From NCBI GenBank assembly GCA_013813435.1, contig JACCRS010000052.1:1-59612 (forward strand): a stretch of 59,612 nt of DNA. Reading direction: 5' to 3'. Position numbers and translations under genes: made by a program. Shown piece by piece: positions 1 to 7,936 of the stretch (positions are counted from its first letter, which is position 1; every line of letters begins with the position of its first letter). This DNA is from Gemmatimonadales bacterium. Lineage in GTDB: Bacteria > Gemmatimonadota > Gemmatimonadetes > Gemmatimonadales > GWC2-71-9. The notes beneath the pieces are model-generated. The model did not search any database, had not been told where the DNA came from, and saw nothing but the letters and a program-made list of their open reading frames with translations.

Positions 1-468
1 TCCAACGTGGCCACTGTGGCGATGACTGCGACCAAAGCGGCAACTCTGACAGTGAGCCCCAGTGCTTCGGTTGCTACTCTGGCAAGCATTACCGACGGCT
101 CCAACGCCAACAACTTCACGGCGGTTAGCCTCACGACAGCGTGGAATCTGACTGCCGGGTCCTCGGTGCGGCTGGTAGGCTGGTTTGGCACGCCGGCACA
201 GGCCTTGGCCAATGGAACTGATTTTATCCCATCGTCCCGAGTCGAGGGCCGGGTTGGTGCGACCGCGTTCGCTCCCTTCACCGGGGCCGCGGTGGGTGGC
301 GTTGGTGTAGCGGGCGGAAGCCTCCAGCTGTTCAGTCAGGCGGTTGCGGCGGGTAGCTTCTTGGGCTCGCGGACCGATCAGCTCGATTTGCGCCTCGACC
401 TCACCGGCGTCACTACGATGGCTGGTGACTATACTGGTACCCTGAACCTTCAGGCCATTGTCCAGTAG
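1..468 (+). CDS. secreted beta-rich fibre/pilin-like subunit, paralog A (5' end outside window)
   Basis: Frame 1 is open from base 1 to TAG 466-468; the track ORF 7..468 is only its first in-window GTG. It aligns by eye with the next ORF. Shared blocks are IPSSR, GGVG..GGSL, R(T)D.LDL.LDL and the C-terminal strand AG.Y.G.LN..A..Q. Confidence 0.6.
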   Translation, partial: SNVATVAMTATKAATLTVSPSASVATLASITDGSNANNFTAVSLTTAWNLTAGSSVRLVGWFGTPAQALANGTDFIPSSRVEGRVGATAFAPFTGAAVGGVGVAGGSLQLFSQAVAAGSFLGSRTDQLDLRLDLTGVTTMAGDYTGTLNLQAIVQ

Positions 469-491
469 TCTTCGGACTGTGCTTTAGCGCC

Positions 492-1055
492 GTGCCGTTC
501 CACCGCTACGGACCAAAGCTCCTCGCCCTGGGTGTGCTGATCACACTCGGGGCGTCGGAGCTTTCGGCTCAATCACAGGTCATTTCTCTCGCGGCCGCGG
601 CGCCAAGCACACTCACGATCGCAGTGCAGTCCGGCGCGGTCCAGATCATCGCGAATGTGGCCGACAATGCCGTCAACAACTTTCCGTCTCCGGTGGTGAT
701 TCTGACGGATTGGAATGTGAATCCCAGCCAGACCAATACCGTGAACCTGGTGGCCTACTTTTCAATCCCCGCCCAGGCGATGGTCGGAGGGTCGACCCAG
801 ATTCCTTCCAGCCGGTTGCTGGGCCGGATGACGACTGGTCTTCCGACCACCTATACCGCATTCAATCAGAACGGAATCGGCGGGGTGGGCACGAGCGGTG
901 GCAGTCTGGCATTACTCTCAGTCACGATTGGGGGAGCAAATAAAAAAGCCAATCGTACCGATAATTTGGACTTGCAGTTGGATCTCGCGGGATTTCCACC
1001 CCTGGTGGCTGGGGCGTATGCCGGTGTCCTGAACATCCGGGCGGTGACTCAGTAA
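492..1055 (+). CDS. secreted beta-rich fibre/pilin-like subunit, paralog B
   Basis: GTG start with signal peptide KLLALGVLITLGASELSAQ. Paralogous to the preceding ORF along its whole mature length. Ends ..LVAGAYAGVLNIRAVTQ, a G-x-Y-x-G-x-L terminal beta-strand like fimbrial subunits. The function is pattern-level only. Confidence 0.65.
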   Translation: MPFHRYGPKLLALGVLITLGASELSAQSQVISLAAAAPSTLTIAVQSGAVQIIANVADNAVNNFPSPVVILTDWNVNPSQTNTVNLVAYFSIPAQAMVGGSTQIPSSRLLGRMTTGLPTTYTAFNQNGIGGVGTSGGSLALLSVTIGGANKKANRTDNLDLQLDLAGFPPLVAGAYAGVLNIRAVTQ

Positions 1056-1071
1056 AGTAGCTCACGAGTGC

Positions 1072-1102
1072 GCCGGAAGCCTTCACCCCTGAAGCCTCCG
1101 GC
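1072..1102 (+). other. imperfect intercistronic hairpin after the subunit genes
   Basis: GCCGGAAGCCTTCA-CCCC-TGAAGCCTCCGGC gives about 12 bp with one bulge and one mismatch and no U-tract. It sits between the stop of subunit B (1055) and the start of the next gene (1121). Confidence 0.35.
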
Positions 1103-1120
1103 GATTGGCTAAAAGGTCAT

Positions 1121-1900
1121 ATGCATCGCAACTTTTTGTCCGCCACGGGCTCTCGGTTCAGCTCGCCTCGGTGCTGTCTGCCGCTTGTGACCTGGTTGGC
1201 GCTTGCCTTGCCACTTGCCGGCCAATCCGTCAGCCCGCCGATTGCAGAATATCAGGAGAAAGCCCGCTCCAGCTTCCAACTGCACAATGGCACTCTCTTT
1301 CCGCTCACTGTGGTGCTCGAGGTGCGCGGGTTCAGAGTGACCGAGGCTGGCGAGGTAGTGGACACGCAGCTTGATACCAACCGCGTTCATGTGAAGCTGT
1401 CGGCCATGAGCTTCCGCATCCCGCCTCGCGGATCATACCGCGTCTTCTACGAAGCATCTGGCGACTCCCTCCCCGCCTGGTTCAACATTCTGAGCGCCAT
1501 GAGCGGTGCCCGTACCGAGAATGGTCTAAACGTTCGGCTTCTGCTGCCGCACGTGGTCTATCTGAATCAGAAGCAGTCACTCAAGAAGAATGAGGTCGCG
1601 ATTCGGGCCTTCGAGCTCGATTCCGCGGCCGGAAGGGTGCGCATCCTGCTGGAGAACCGTGGTCCCCGCCTGGGCCGCGTGCTGCAGGTGAATGTCGCCG
1701 ATAGTCATTCCACCAGCGAACCCGCCGGTGGCTTTCCTCTCTTTCCCAGGAGCCGCCGCTGGACCGAGGTACCCTGGAAGGGCAGAACGGCTCCCAATAA
1801 CCTTTCGGTCCGCTTTGCCCGCTTCACCATCGATACCCTGCTCACGATCGGGCCGGTGCCGCTTACCGCGGATACGACCGCGAATCTCCGCCGGCCGTGA
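1121..1900 (+). CDS. periplasmic two-domain beta-sandwich protein, candidate PapD-like assembly chaperone
   Basis: ATG with AAAGG upstream and signal peptide WLALALPLAGQ. Two beta-rich halves carry chaperone-like strand patterns (SSFQLHNGTLFPLTVVLEV; FRIPPRGSYRVFY; VRLLLPHVVYL; RVRILLENRGPRLGRVLQVNV). Assigned from pattern and position only. Confidence 0.5.
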   Translation: MHRNFLSATGSRFSSPRCCLPLVTWLALALPLAGQSVSPPIAEYQEKARSSFQLHNGTLFPLTVVLEVRGFRVTEAGEVVDTQLDTNRVHVKLSAMSFRIPPRGSYRVFYEASGDSLPAWFNILSAMSGARTENGLNVRLLLPHVVYLNQKQSLKKNEVAIRAFELDSAAGRVRILLENRGPRLGRVLQVNVADSHSTSEPAGGFPLFPRSRRWTEVPWKGRTAPNNLSVRFARFTIDTLLTIGPVPLTADTTANLRRP

Positions 1901-3537
1901 CGCCAGTGCCTATCCGGCGCCGGCTTGGCGCATTTTGCCTTATCGCCAGCTCGTTGGTGTTGCTTAGCGGCCGAGCCAGTGCCCAAACGGTTGTTGAGGT
2001 GCAGGGCGGCGGCTCCTCCTTGAACGGCGGCTACGGCGCGACCGCCAACTTCTGGCGCTCCGGCGTGGATGGCTGGATCGGTTTGGGCTATCTGAACGGG
2101 CTGCGGGCCGGAGCCTTCTTGCGGAAGAGCTTGGGTAAGGACACGCTCGGAATCGGGAATGATGCGCTGGTCATGCGACTTCCAACCGATGTGTTCACCC
2201 CGGGACATAATCTGCTGGTGCAGGGAGTCAGCTTCGGTGGGGGAACCGAACGTTCTTCTTTTCTCCTTTTTGGCGGGGCCAGCTCTGCCGGACTCGGTGC
2301 TCCCTCGTTTCAGGCAACCAGCATCGAAGAGCCGCTGGGCGCGCTCTTCATTCAGCACCGGGTTGCTCCTGCCGTTAGGCTCACCGCGACCGCTATCTTG
2401 GCCGACCGGCAAACCCTGCTGCCGGGTCTGCAATGGCAGCCGGTGCCGGATCTCACGACCGCCCTCGTGGCGGGGGTCGGCTCGGGTCGTCCTTACGTCG
2501 CCTCCAGTGTCATGCTGCGTCAGGGCCCACTGGCAGTGAAGGCCTTGTACGCCTGGAACCCAAGCCGCTTTCGCCGCTCGCCGGTTGTCACACCCAACCA
2601 GACCGAGGTCGAGCGAGAGAACGTTGCGGTCACATACGACGTAAGCCCCCAATTTTCGGTAGGAGCGGGGCGTCAGAATTACGTGCAGGACTCCTCCGAC
2701 AGCAGATTACCCATACGCGCCAGCGGGAACACCGTGTTCGCCGGTGGCGTTTTGGCTGCCACCCGGCTGACGGCCGGGCTCTACGATTCCCGCTCGCAGG
2801 GAACCAGAAATCTCAGCTCCTATGTGGCAGTCGGACGCGAGCTGACCCGCTGGCTCGACGCTGAGCTGTTCCTGCTGCAGAGCCGGCCAGAGGGACGACC
2901 GGCGACGACCACACCTCTGGCCAATCTGCGGTGGCGGGTTTCCTCCAGACTGGGCCTCAGCCAGCAAGTTTCGTTTAACGGTGGGAAGCCGGCCTTGCTC
3001 TTCGGGGCCAGCCTCATGACGCCGATCGGTGATTTCGCGGCCGACTATCAGGTGGTGCATCAGCCGTTCACGCCGTTCAGTCCTTTCCGGAGCGCCTTGA
3101 ACCTCACAGCACGGCTTCAGCTCGGGAAGTATTCAACCAGTGTGGGGACGTTCGTGCAGCCCGATGGTTCGGTAGATTACTCCGCCTCAGGAAGCACCTT
3201 CCTGTACATGGGATCGTTCGGCCTGCAGCCTCAGCAGCTCGGCGGGCGCATGGCGCGTTACGTGGTACGGGGCACCGTCAGGGATGATCACGGAAATCCG
3301 ATCGAGGGGGCTGCGGTAGGGCTCGGTGGCGAGGTGGTCTTCACCAACTCCACCGGAGAGTTTTTTCACCGGGTGGGCCGGCCTGGCCGCTCGCCAGTGA
3401 GCGTGATGTTTGACGAGTTTCTGCTGCCAGGCCAATGGGAAGTAGTGAGCGCGCCGGCCGAGGCTCTGGCGGGCTCCGAAACCGGGCCCGGAATCAGGAT
3501 CGTCCTGCGCCACCCCGCGCCGGCACCCAGAGAATAA
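1897..3537 (+). CDS. outer-membrane beta-barrel protein with C-terminal carboxypeptidase-regulatory/Ig-like domain (candidate minimal usher)
   Basis: GTG start overlaps the upstream stop (GTGA). Signal peptide LVLLSGRASAQ. Long alternating Gly/aromatic beta-strand pattern, e.g. VAVTYDVSPQFSVGAGRQNYV. C-terminal about 85 aa reads YVVRGTVRDDHGNPIEGAAVGLGGEVVFTNSTGEFF. Confidence 0.6.
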   Translation: MTPVPIRRRLGAFCLIASSLVLLSGRASAQTVVEVQGGGSSLNGGYGATANFWRSGVDGWIGLGYLNGLRAGAFLRKSLGKDTLGIGNDALVMRLPTDVFTPGHNLLVQGVSFGGGTERSSFLLFGGASSAGLGAPSFQATSIEEPLGALFIQHRVAPAVRLTATAILADRQTLLPGLQWQPVPDLTTALVAGVGSGRPYVASSVMLRQGPLAVKALYAWNPSRFRRSPVVTPNQTEVERENVAVTYDVSPQFSVGAGRQNYVQDSSDSRLPIRASGNTVFAGGVLAATRLTAGLYDSRSQGTRNLSSYVAVGRELTRWLDAELFLLQSRPEGRPATTTPLANLRWRVSSRLGLSQQVSFNGGKPALLFGASLMTPIGDFAADYQVVHQPFTPFSPFRSALNLTARLQLGKYSTSVGTFVQPDGSVDYSASGSTFLYMGSFGLQPQQLGGRMARYVVRGTVRDDHGNPIEGAAVGLGGEVVFTNSTGEFFHRVGRPGRSPVSVMFDEFLLPGQWEVVSAPAEALAGSETGPGIRIVLRHPAPAPRE

Positions 3538-3570
3538 AAAAGGCGCCACAATCGGGCGCCTTTCTGTTAT
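3538..3570. terminator. bidirectional intrinsic terminator between convergent genes
   Basis: AAAAA-AGGCGCC-acaatcg-GGCGCCT-TTCTGTT: a 7-bp GC stem flanked by an A-run and a T-run. It lies between the stops at 3537 (+) and 3584 (-). Confidence 0.7.
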
Positions 3571-3583
3571 ATCAATCTGCGTC

Positions 3584-4255
3584 TCAGGGCATCGCCAGTT
3601 GGTCGGTAGCGATTGCCGCATGGTCAATTACCAGAGCCACCCTCCGATTTTCGAGCCCAGCGTCACCCGGGCCTTTCGCGCCGGGCACGACCTGGCGATT
3701 GCTCGCCTCGCCGTAGCTTACCGCCTTGACTTTAGACGTCTCGAAGCCTCCCGCTGAGGCGAGATATTCCTTCACAGCGTTCGCGCGGTTCTGGCCCAGT
3801 CTTCGGTTATAGGCAGCGCTTCCCGCCGGATCGGTGAATCCTTCAACCGTGACCACGGCCCCTGGATAGTACTCCCTCACTACAGTCGCGAAACGATCCA
3901 GTACCGGGCGATCGGCTTCGCGCAACTCGCTCCGGGAAAAATCGAAGTGGACCGGCACGTTGAATTTCATCAAATCCCTGGTCCGCTCGATACTCACGTT
4001 GTACTCGCTACGGAACGCCTGGAGCTCCTGGTCCAGGGCGTCGAGGCGCCGGGTGTGGTCGGTCACGAGCTGGTTGGTGGAGTCGATCTGCGAGCCGAGG
4101 TGGGCGTCTCCCGCTTGTACTTCCTGTCGCAGGCGCGCCACTTCGGCGTTGAAGTCTTCCCGGGTAACCTTGGCCGCGCATCCGCCCAGCCCAAGCGTCA
4201 CGCTGAGTGCGCCGGCCGCCGCTACCACCCGGGCTCCACCAAAGCCAGTAAACAT
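3584..4255 (-). CDS. OmpA-family peptidoglycan-associated lipoprotein with coiled-coil N-terminal part
   Basis: C-terminal OmpA-like domain (FDFSRSELREADRPVLD, VEGFTDPAGSAAYNRRLGQNRANAV, NRRVALVI). I place the start at ATG 4255 (MFTGFGG..LSVTLGLGGC lipobox, AAAGGGGGGAG just upstream) instead of the track start at 4411. Confidence 0.85.
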   Translation of the reverse strand: MFTGFGGARVVAAAGALSVTLGLGGCAAKVTREDFNAEVARLRQEVQAGDAHLGSQIDSTNQLVTDHTRRLDALDQELQAFRSEYNVSIERTRDLMKFNVPVHFDFSRSELREADRPVLDRFATVVREYYPGAVVTVEGFTDPAGSAAYNRRLGQNRANAVKEYLASAGGFETSKVKAVSYGEASNRQVVPGAKGPGDAGLENRRVALVIDHAAIATDQLAMP

Positions 4256-4419
4256 GAGCTCCCCCCTTTGATTGAACAGCGCCGACCATCGTGACACACC
4301 CGTGCTTTTCAGGTGAAGCTTCTTGCACGACGGCGATGTGTGATTGGGAACGGAACTTCGATTACAAGTTGTATTTTCCGCGAGCGACCGGCCGTGACTC
4401 AACTCACCCATGAGAGGAA

Positions 4420-4758
4420 TCAGCGTACCTCCAGTAGCTCTACGTCGAACACGAGGGTAGCGCCAGGCGGTATTGCCGGGGGGGCACCGGCGGTACCGTA
4501 ACCCAGATCGGCTGGAATAACGAGCTTGCGCCGGCCACCGACTTTCATACCCGCCACGCCCTCATCCCAGCCGGCAATGACCTGTCCAGCACCCAAGGTA
4601 AAACTGAAAGGTTGGTTGCGATCGCGACTGCTGTCGAACTTTTCCCCGTTGGGAAGCCAGCCCGTGTAATGCACCACGACTGTCTGGTCCGCGGTGGCCT
4701 CGGCACCATCTCCTCCATTCACGTCCTGGTAGCGAAGTCCCGAGGGCGTCCTGGTCAA
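4420..4758 (-). CDS. FKBP-type peptidyl-prolyl cis-trans isomerase
   Basis: Full FKBP domain ([70 protein letters not shown]). Coordinates use the first canonical start (TTG 4758). The frame stays open upstream and encodes a lipoprotein signal peptide (see findings). Confidence 0.85.
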   Translation of the reverse strand: MTRTPSGLRYQDVNGGDGAEATADQTVVVHYTGWLPNGEKFDSSRDRNQPFSFTLGAGQVIAGWDEGVAGMKVGGRRKLVIPADLGYGTAGAPPAIPPGATLVFDVELLEVR

Positions 4759-4933
4759 AGCGGCCGTGTCAACAGCGAGCGAGGCGCTGAAACCGGCAGG
4801 CTCGCGACTCGCGTCGCGATCGGGTGTTCCCCCGCATGCGTACGCGCCAGCCGCCAGGATTAGAAATAGGCGAAGCAGGATATCTCCGTTGGTGGTGTGG
4901 ATCGACCGATGGCCCGACCGAAGCCTTGCCGAA

Positions 4934-5007
4934 TCGGGACGGCGGGATTTGAACCCGCGACCCCTGCAACCCCATTGCAGTGCGCTACCGGACTGCGCTA
5001 CGTCCCG
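4934..5007 (-). tRNA. tRNA-Pro (anticodon GGG)
   Basis: 74-nt cloverleaf. Acceptor CGGGACG/CGTCCCG plus discriminator A, anticodon stem CTGCA/TGCAG with loop AUGGGGU, T-arm GCGGG-TTCAAAT-CCCGC. No encoded CCA. Confidence 0.9.
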
Positions 5008-5233
5008 TGACTCAAGGAGGGTAATTGTACCCCCGCTGCCGTAGGGACGGAAGCCCCGCAGGGGCGGGACAACGCTACGGCTATGTCATACATCCCCGCG
5101 CACTTGTAACACCGGCCCGACTCGGCCCGTGACTTGCCATCTAGACTCGATGGACCTGAAACCCGTGGTCCCGGCACGGCAATTCGGATAGGGTGTCGCA
5201 TGGTGCGGCGCCGAGCCCCAACCGAGGAACCTT

Positions 5234-5410
5234 ATGAACGAAGAGGAGGGGCAGCCCTGGGAATCGGGTGGAGACCCCCCATGGGGCCAGGCGGAGACCG
5301 GGTGTGAGGCCGGGGGCGATGGCTGGCGGGGGGAGCTTCACGGAGAAGACTGGCCGGAGAATCTGGCAGGTCCTGAGTACTGGCTCTACAAGAGGCAGCG
5401 CGATGAATGA
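5234..5410 (+). CDS. hypothetical 58-aa Trp-rich acidic mini-protein (not in ORF track)
   Basis: ATG 5234 preceded by GAGGA plus a 5-nt spacer. Encodes MNEEEGQPWESGGDPPWGQAETGCEAGGDGWRGELHGEDWPENLAGPEYWLYKRQRDE, with TGA at 5408-5410. Third-position G+C looks similar to neighbouring genes. It fills much of an otherwise empty 442-nt gap. No family recognised. Confidence 0.35.
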   Translation: MNEEEGQPWESGGDPPWGQAETGCEAGGDGWRGELHGEDWPENLAGPEYWLYKRQRDE

Positions 5411-5449
5411 GCTGCTTGCAGTCGGCTGCGGTAAGCGCCCGAATGCCAC

Positions 5450-6442
5450 TTACTCGCTTACCCGCTGACCTTTCCCCCGCACCACCGCCAACGCCACCCC
5501 TCCGATGATCGCCGCGCCGCCCAACGCCGTGTGCCACCCTACGGTTTCACCCGCGAAAAACATCCCAAACACAACCGCCACCAGCGGCGTCACCAGAGGA
5601 ATCATGAGTACCCAGGTAACGTCGGTGTGCTGGATGAGCCAGTAGTACATCAGAAACGCCACGACCGAACCGGGGATAGTAAGGTAACCCAAAGCAGCCC
5701 ACGCCAGAGGCGTCCACTGGAACTCCAGCGGGCTGCCCTCGAGAATTACTCCGCCTATGAGCAGTGGGATGCAGCCTCCAGCCATCTGTACACCGGCAAT
5801 TACCGAAGGCTCGATGTGCGTGCCTCTGGCCTTTATCAGAACGCCGGCTTGGGCCGTTGCTAACGCTGCGAGGATGATTCCGACGCTGGCCCAGAAGGCG
5901 AGCGGCCCGCCGATGCCCAGCTGCCCCGAGCATACGATGGCAACTCCGATCACGCCCAATAACACGCCGGCAACTTTTGAAAAGTTGAGCCGTTCGCTGG
6001 CGAGATAGCGGTGGGCCAGTGGGAGACCAAACAGTGGCACAGTGGCGCTGAGCACTGCCGCCAGACCGGAGGGAATGTATTGCTCGCCCCAGAACACGAG
6101 AGCGTAATTGACCGTGATTGTCAGCAACGCGGTATACCCGAGCAGCCGCCAATCGCGCCCCAGGCTCGGGAGGCTGAGACGCCGCACTCCCACGATGGCG
6201 AAAAGCACCAGAGCCGCAGCTGCAAAGCGTAGTCCGGCAAACGTAAGCGGCGGTAAATCGCGCAAGCCTAGCTTGATCGCCAGCCACGTCGAGCCCCAGA
6301 TAAAGCACAGGCACAGCCATACTAGGAGCGCGCGGCGTGATCTGACCCGCCCCCGGGCACGGCGCCGATGGAGCGCCACCCTGCCCTTGGCGTCAGCCGG
6401 TGACTCGCTTGAAGAAGTTGTCGGACAAGGGGCGCTGTTCAT
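5450..6442 (-). CDS. EamA/DMT-superfamily transporter
   Basis: About 10 hydrophobic segments in two EamA-like halves (LCLCFIWGSTWLAIKLGL.., ..LMYYWLIQHTDVTWVLMIPLVTP..). Divergent from a MocR-type regulator. The basic N-terminal tail makes the exact start uncertain. Confidence 0.85.
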   Translation of the reverse strand: MNSAPCPTTSSSESPADAKGRVALHRRRARGRVRSRRALLVWLCLCFIWGSTWLAIKLGLRDLPPLTFAGLRFAAAALVLFAIVGVRRLSLPSLGRDWRLLGYTALLTITVNYALVFWGEQYIPSGLAAVLSATVPLFGLPLAHRYLASERLNFSKVAGVLLGVIGVAIVCSGQLGIGGPLAFWASVGIILAALATAQAGVLIKARGTHIEPSVIAGVQMAGGCIPLLIGGVILEGSPLEFQWTPLAWAALGYLTIPGSVVAFLMYYWLIQHTDVTWVLMIPLVTPLVAVVFGMFFAGETVGWHTALGGAAIIGGVALAVVRGKGQRVSE

Positions 6443-6524
6443 ACCATTCCTAAACGTCTGCGGACAAAACCAATTGAGACAATATCAATATTGACACAAT
6501 TCTTGTCAAATGGCAGATTGATAT
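6443..6524. promoter_or_regulatory. AT-rich divergent promoter/operator region of the EamA and MocR genes
   Basis: Markedly AT-rich 82 nt. Perfect inverted repeat TTGACA-N7-TGTCAA (6491-6509). Three direct GACA(C)AAT copies (GAGACAAT, TTGACACAAT, ATGACAAT). CAATAT/ATATTG inverted repeat. Confidence 0.5.
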
Positions 6525-7913
6525 ATGACAATGTGGGATCCGCTTATTTCGCCCGACCTCGAACCAAAGTATCTGGCGCTGGTCAACGCCTTGGACCGTG
6601 ATATCAGGACCGGGGTGCTGCCGCCGGGAACTCGCCTCCCCACCCAGCGGGAGTTGGCACGCCGGTTGGGTGTCGCCGTTGGGACCGTGAGCAGAGCCTA
6701 TGACATGGCCGAGCGGCAGGGGCTTCTGAGTGGTGAGGTGGGCCGTGGAACGTTCGTTCGGCGGAGAGAATGGGCGGCGCAGGAAGGCGCCAACGACGAG
6801 GGCGATGACCCTGCACTGCTCGATCTGAGCAAAAGTCGCCTGGTGCGGGATCCGAGCGATCCCACGCTGAGGCGGGCACTCGAGGCTATCTCGCGGCGGC
6901 CGGATCTCGATCGCCTGGTGGACTTCTATCAGCCCGCGGCCGGAATGGCGCGGCACCGCACGGCCGGGGCCGGTTGGATCGGTCGAACGGGTCCCGCGGT
7001 GGAACCGGAGCGAGTGGTCATCACCAGCGGCGCGCAGCACGGCGCCGCCATCGTACTCGCCACCATCGCTCGCCCCGGTGACCTGATCCTGACGGAAGAA
7101 GTGACGTACGCCGGGATCAAGGCGTTGGCAGGCCTGCTCCACCTTCAGCTCCGCGGACTGGAGCTTGATGAGCACGGTCTCCGCCCCGATGCCTTCGAAC
7201 ACGCCTGCCGCTCCAGCGCTCCCCGTGCCTTGTTCTGCATGCCCAATCTTCAGAACCCCACCGGGCGCACCATGCCGCTGGTACGCCGCCGGGAGATCGC
7301 CGCGATCGCCGAGTCTCATGACGTGACGGTGGTGGAGGACGATGTCAACGGCTTTCTCTCCAGCGATCCAAAGCCGTCTCTCGCTCAACTCGCCCCGGCG
7401 CACACTTACTACGTCACCGGCACGTCCAAGAGCCTGGCGCCGGGCCTTCGAATCGGATACGTGGTACCTCCCGCGCAGCACGTCGATCGCGTTGCAGCTG
7501 CGATTCGGGCCAGCACCTGGCTGACGTCGCCGCTACTGGCCGAGCTGGTGACCGAATGGATCGCGAGCGGCGAGGCGGATGAGATGGTTGAATGGAAGCG
7601 CAGCGAAACTACGGTTCGCTACCAGTTGGCCCGAGAGGTCCTGGCACCATGGCTCCCATCGGGGCCGGTGAGCTTTCATCTCTGGCTTCCCATTCCCGAA
7701 CCCTGGCGCACCGAGGCGTTTGTGGCACAGGCACGAGCGCGAGGGGTATTGGTAACCCCCTCGCAGGAATTCATGGTAGGTCGCGAGAGTGCCCCCCATG
7801 CCGTGCGGGTGTGTCTCGGCGGCACGCTGAGCCGGCCGCGCCTCGAAGAGGGACTTCGCCGGCTTGCGATGCTGCTCGCTCAGGGACCGGAGCCGGTGTT
7901 GGCGGTGTATTAG
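6525..7913 (+). CDS. MocR-family regulator (GntR-type wHTH fused to PLP aminotransferase-like domain)
   Basis: N-terminal GntR HTH (LPTQRELARRLGVAVGTVSRAYDMAERQGLL). C-terminal class I aminotransferase fold with a candidate PLP lysine in YVTGTSKSLAPGLRIGY. Confidence 0.9.
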   Translation: MTMWDPLISPDLEPKYLALVNALDRDIRTGVLPPGTRLPTQRELARRLGVAVGTVSRAYDMAERQGLLSGEVGRGTFVRRREWAAQEGANDEGDDPALLDLSKSRLVRDPSDPTLRRALEAISRRPDLDRLVDFYQPAAGMARHRTAGAGWIGRTGPAVEPERVVITSGAQHGAAIVLATIARPGDLILTEEVTYAGIKALAGLLHLQLRGLELDEHGLRPDAFEHACRSSAPRALFCMPNLQNPTGRTMPLVRRREIAAIAESHDVTVVEDDVNGFLSSDPKPSLAQLAPAHTYYVTGTSKSLAPGLRIGYVVPPAQHVDRVAAAIRASTWLTSPLLAELVTEWIASGEADEMVEWKRSETTVRYQLAREVLAPWLPSGPVSFHLWLPIPEPWRTEAFVAQARARGVLVTPSQEFMVGRESAPHAVRVCLGGTLSRPRLEEGLRRLAMLLAQGPEPVLAVY

Positions 7914-7936
7914 GAGGAGGAATTTGTGAGATAATT

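Noticed and set aside
1705-2652. Long opposite-strand or alternative-frame shadow ORFs. Examples are 1705..2652(-), 5547..6320(-), 6450..7481(-), 13014..13869(+), 14755..15573(+), 16214..16915(+), 17211..17969(+), 22395..22946(+), 32866..33828(+), 36518..37869(-), 47633..48637(-) and 53364..53981(-).
   Set aside because: Each lies entirely inside a gene with clear family motifs on the other strand or frame. Each has Arg/Pro/Gly/Ser-dominated composition, as expected for stop-poor antisense frames in high-GC DNA.
4934-5007. A genomic island or integrative element at the tRNA genes (tRNA-Pro, tRNA-Thr/Leu).
   Set aside because: There is no integrase, excisionase or phage gene. I could not see a direct repeat of a tRNA 3' end, and there is no compositional break on either side. 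Only the small AT-rich spacers noted above differ in composition.
5008-5449. A structured RNA in the tRNA-Pro/EamA gap. CTGCGGTAAGCGCCCG and GATGAATGA resemble RNase P RNA blocks. GGGAATCGGGTGGAGACCCC and GCCACT resemble cobalamin-riboswitch elements. CAGGTCCTG vaguely resembles SRP RNA.
   Set aside because: The RNase P-like blocks are in the wrong order, and the universal GAGGAAAGTCC and ACAGAA.CCGGCTTA elements are absent. A plus-strand riboswitch would have no downstream gene to regulate. No GGAA-type SRP loop is present. A small ORF plus divergent promoters explains the gap more simply, though a covariance-model scan is still needed.
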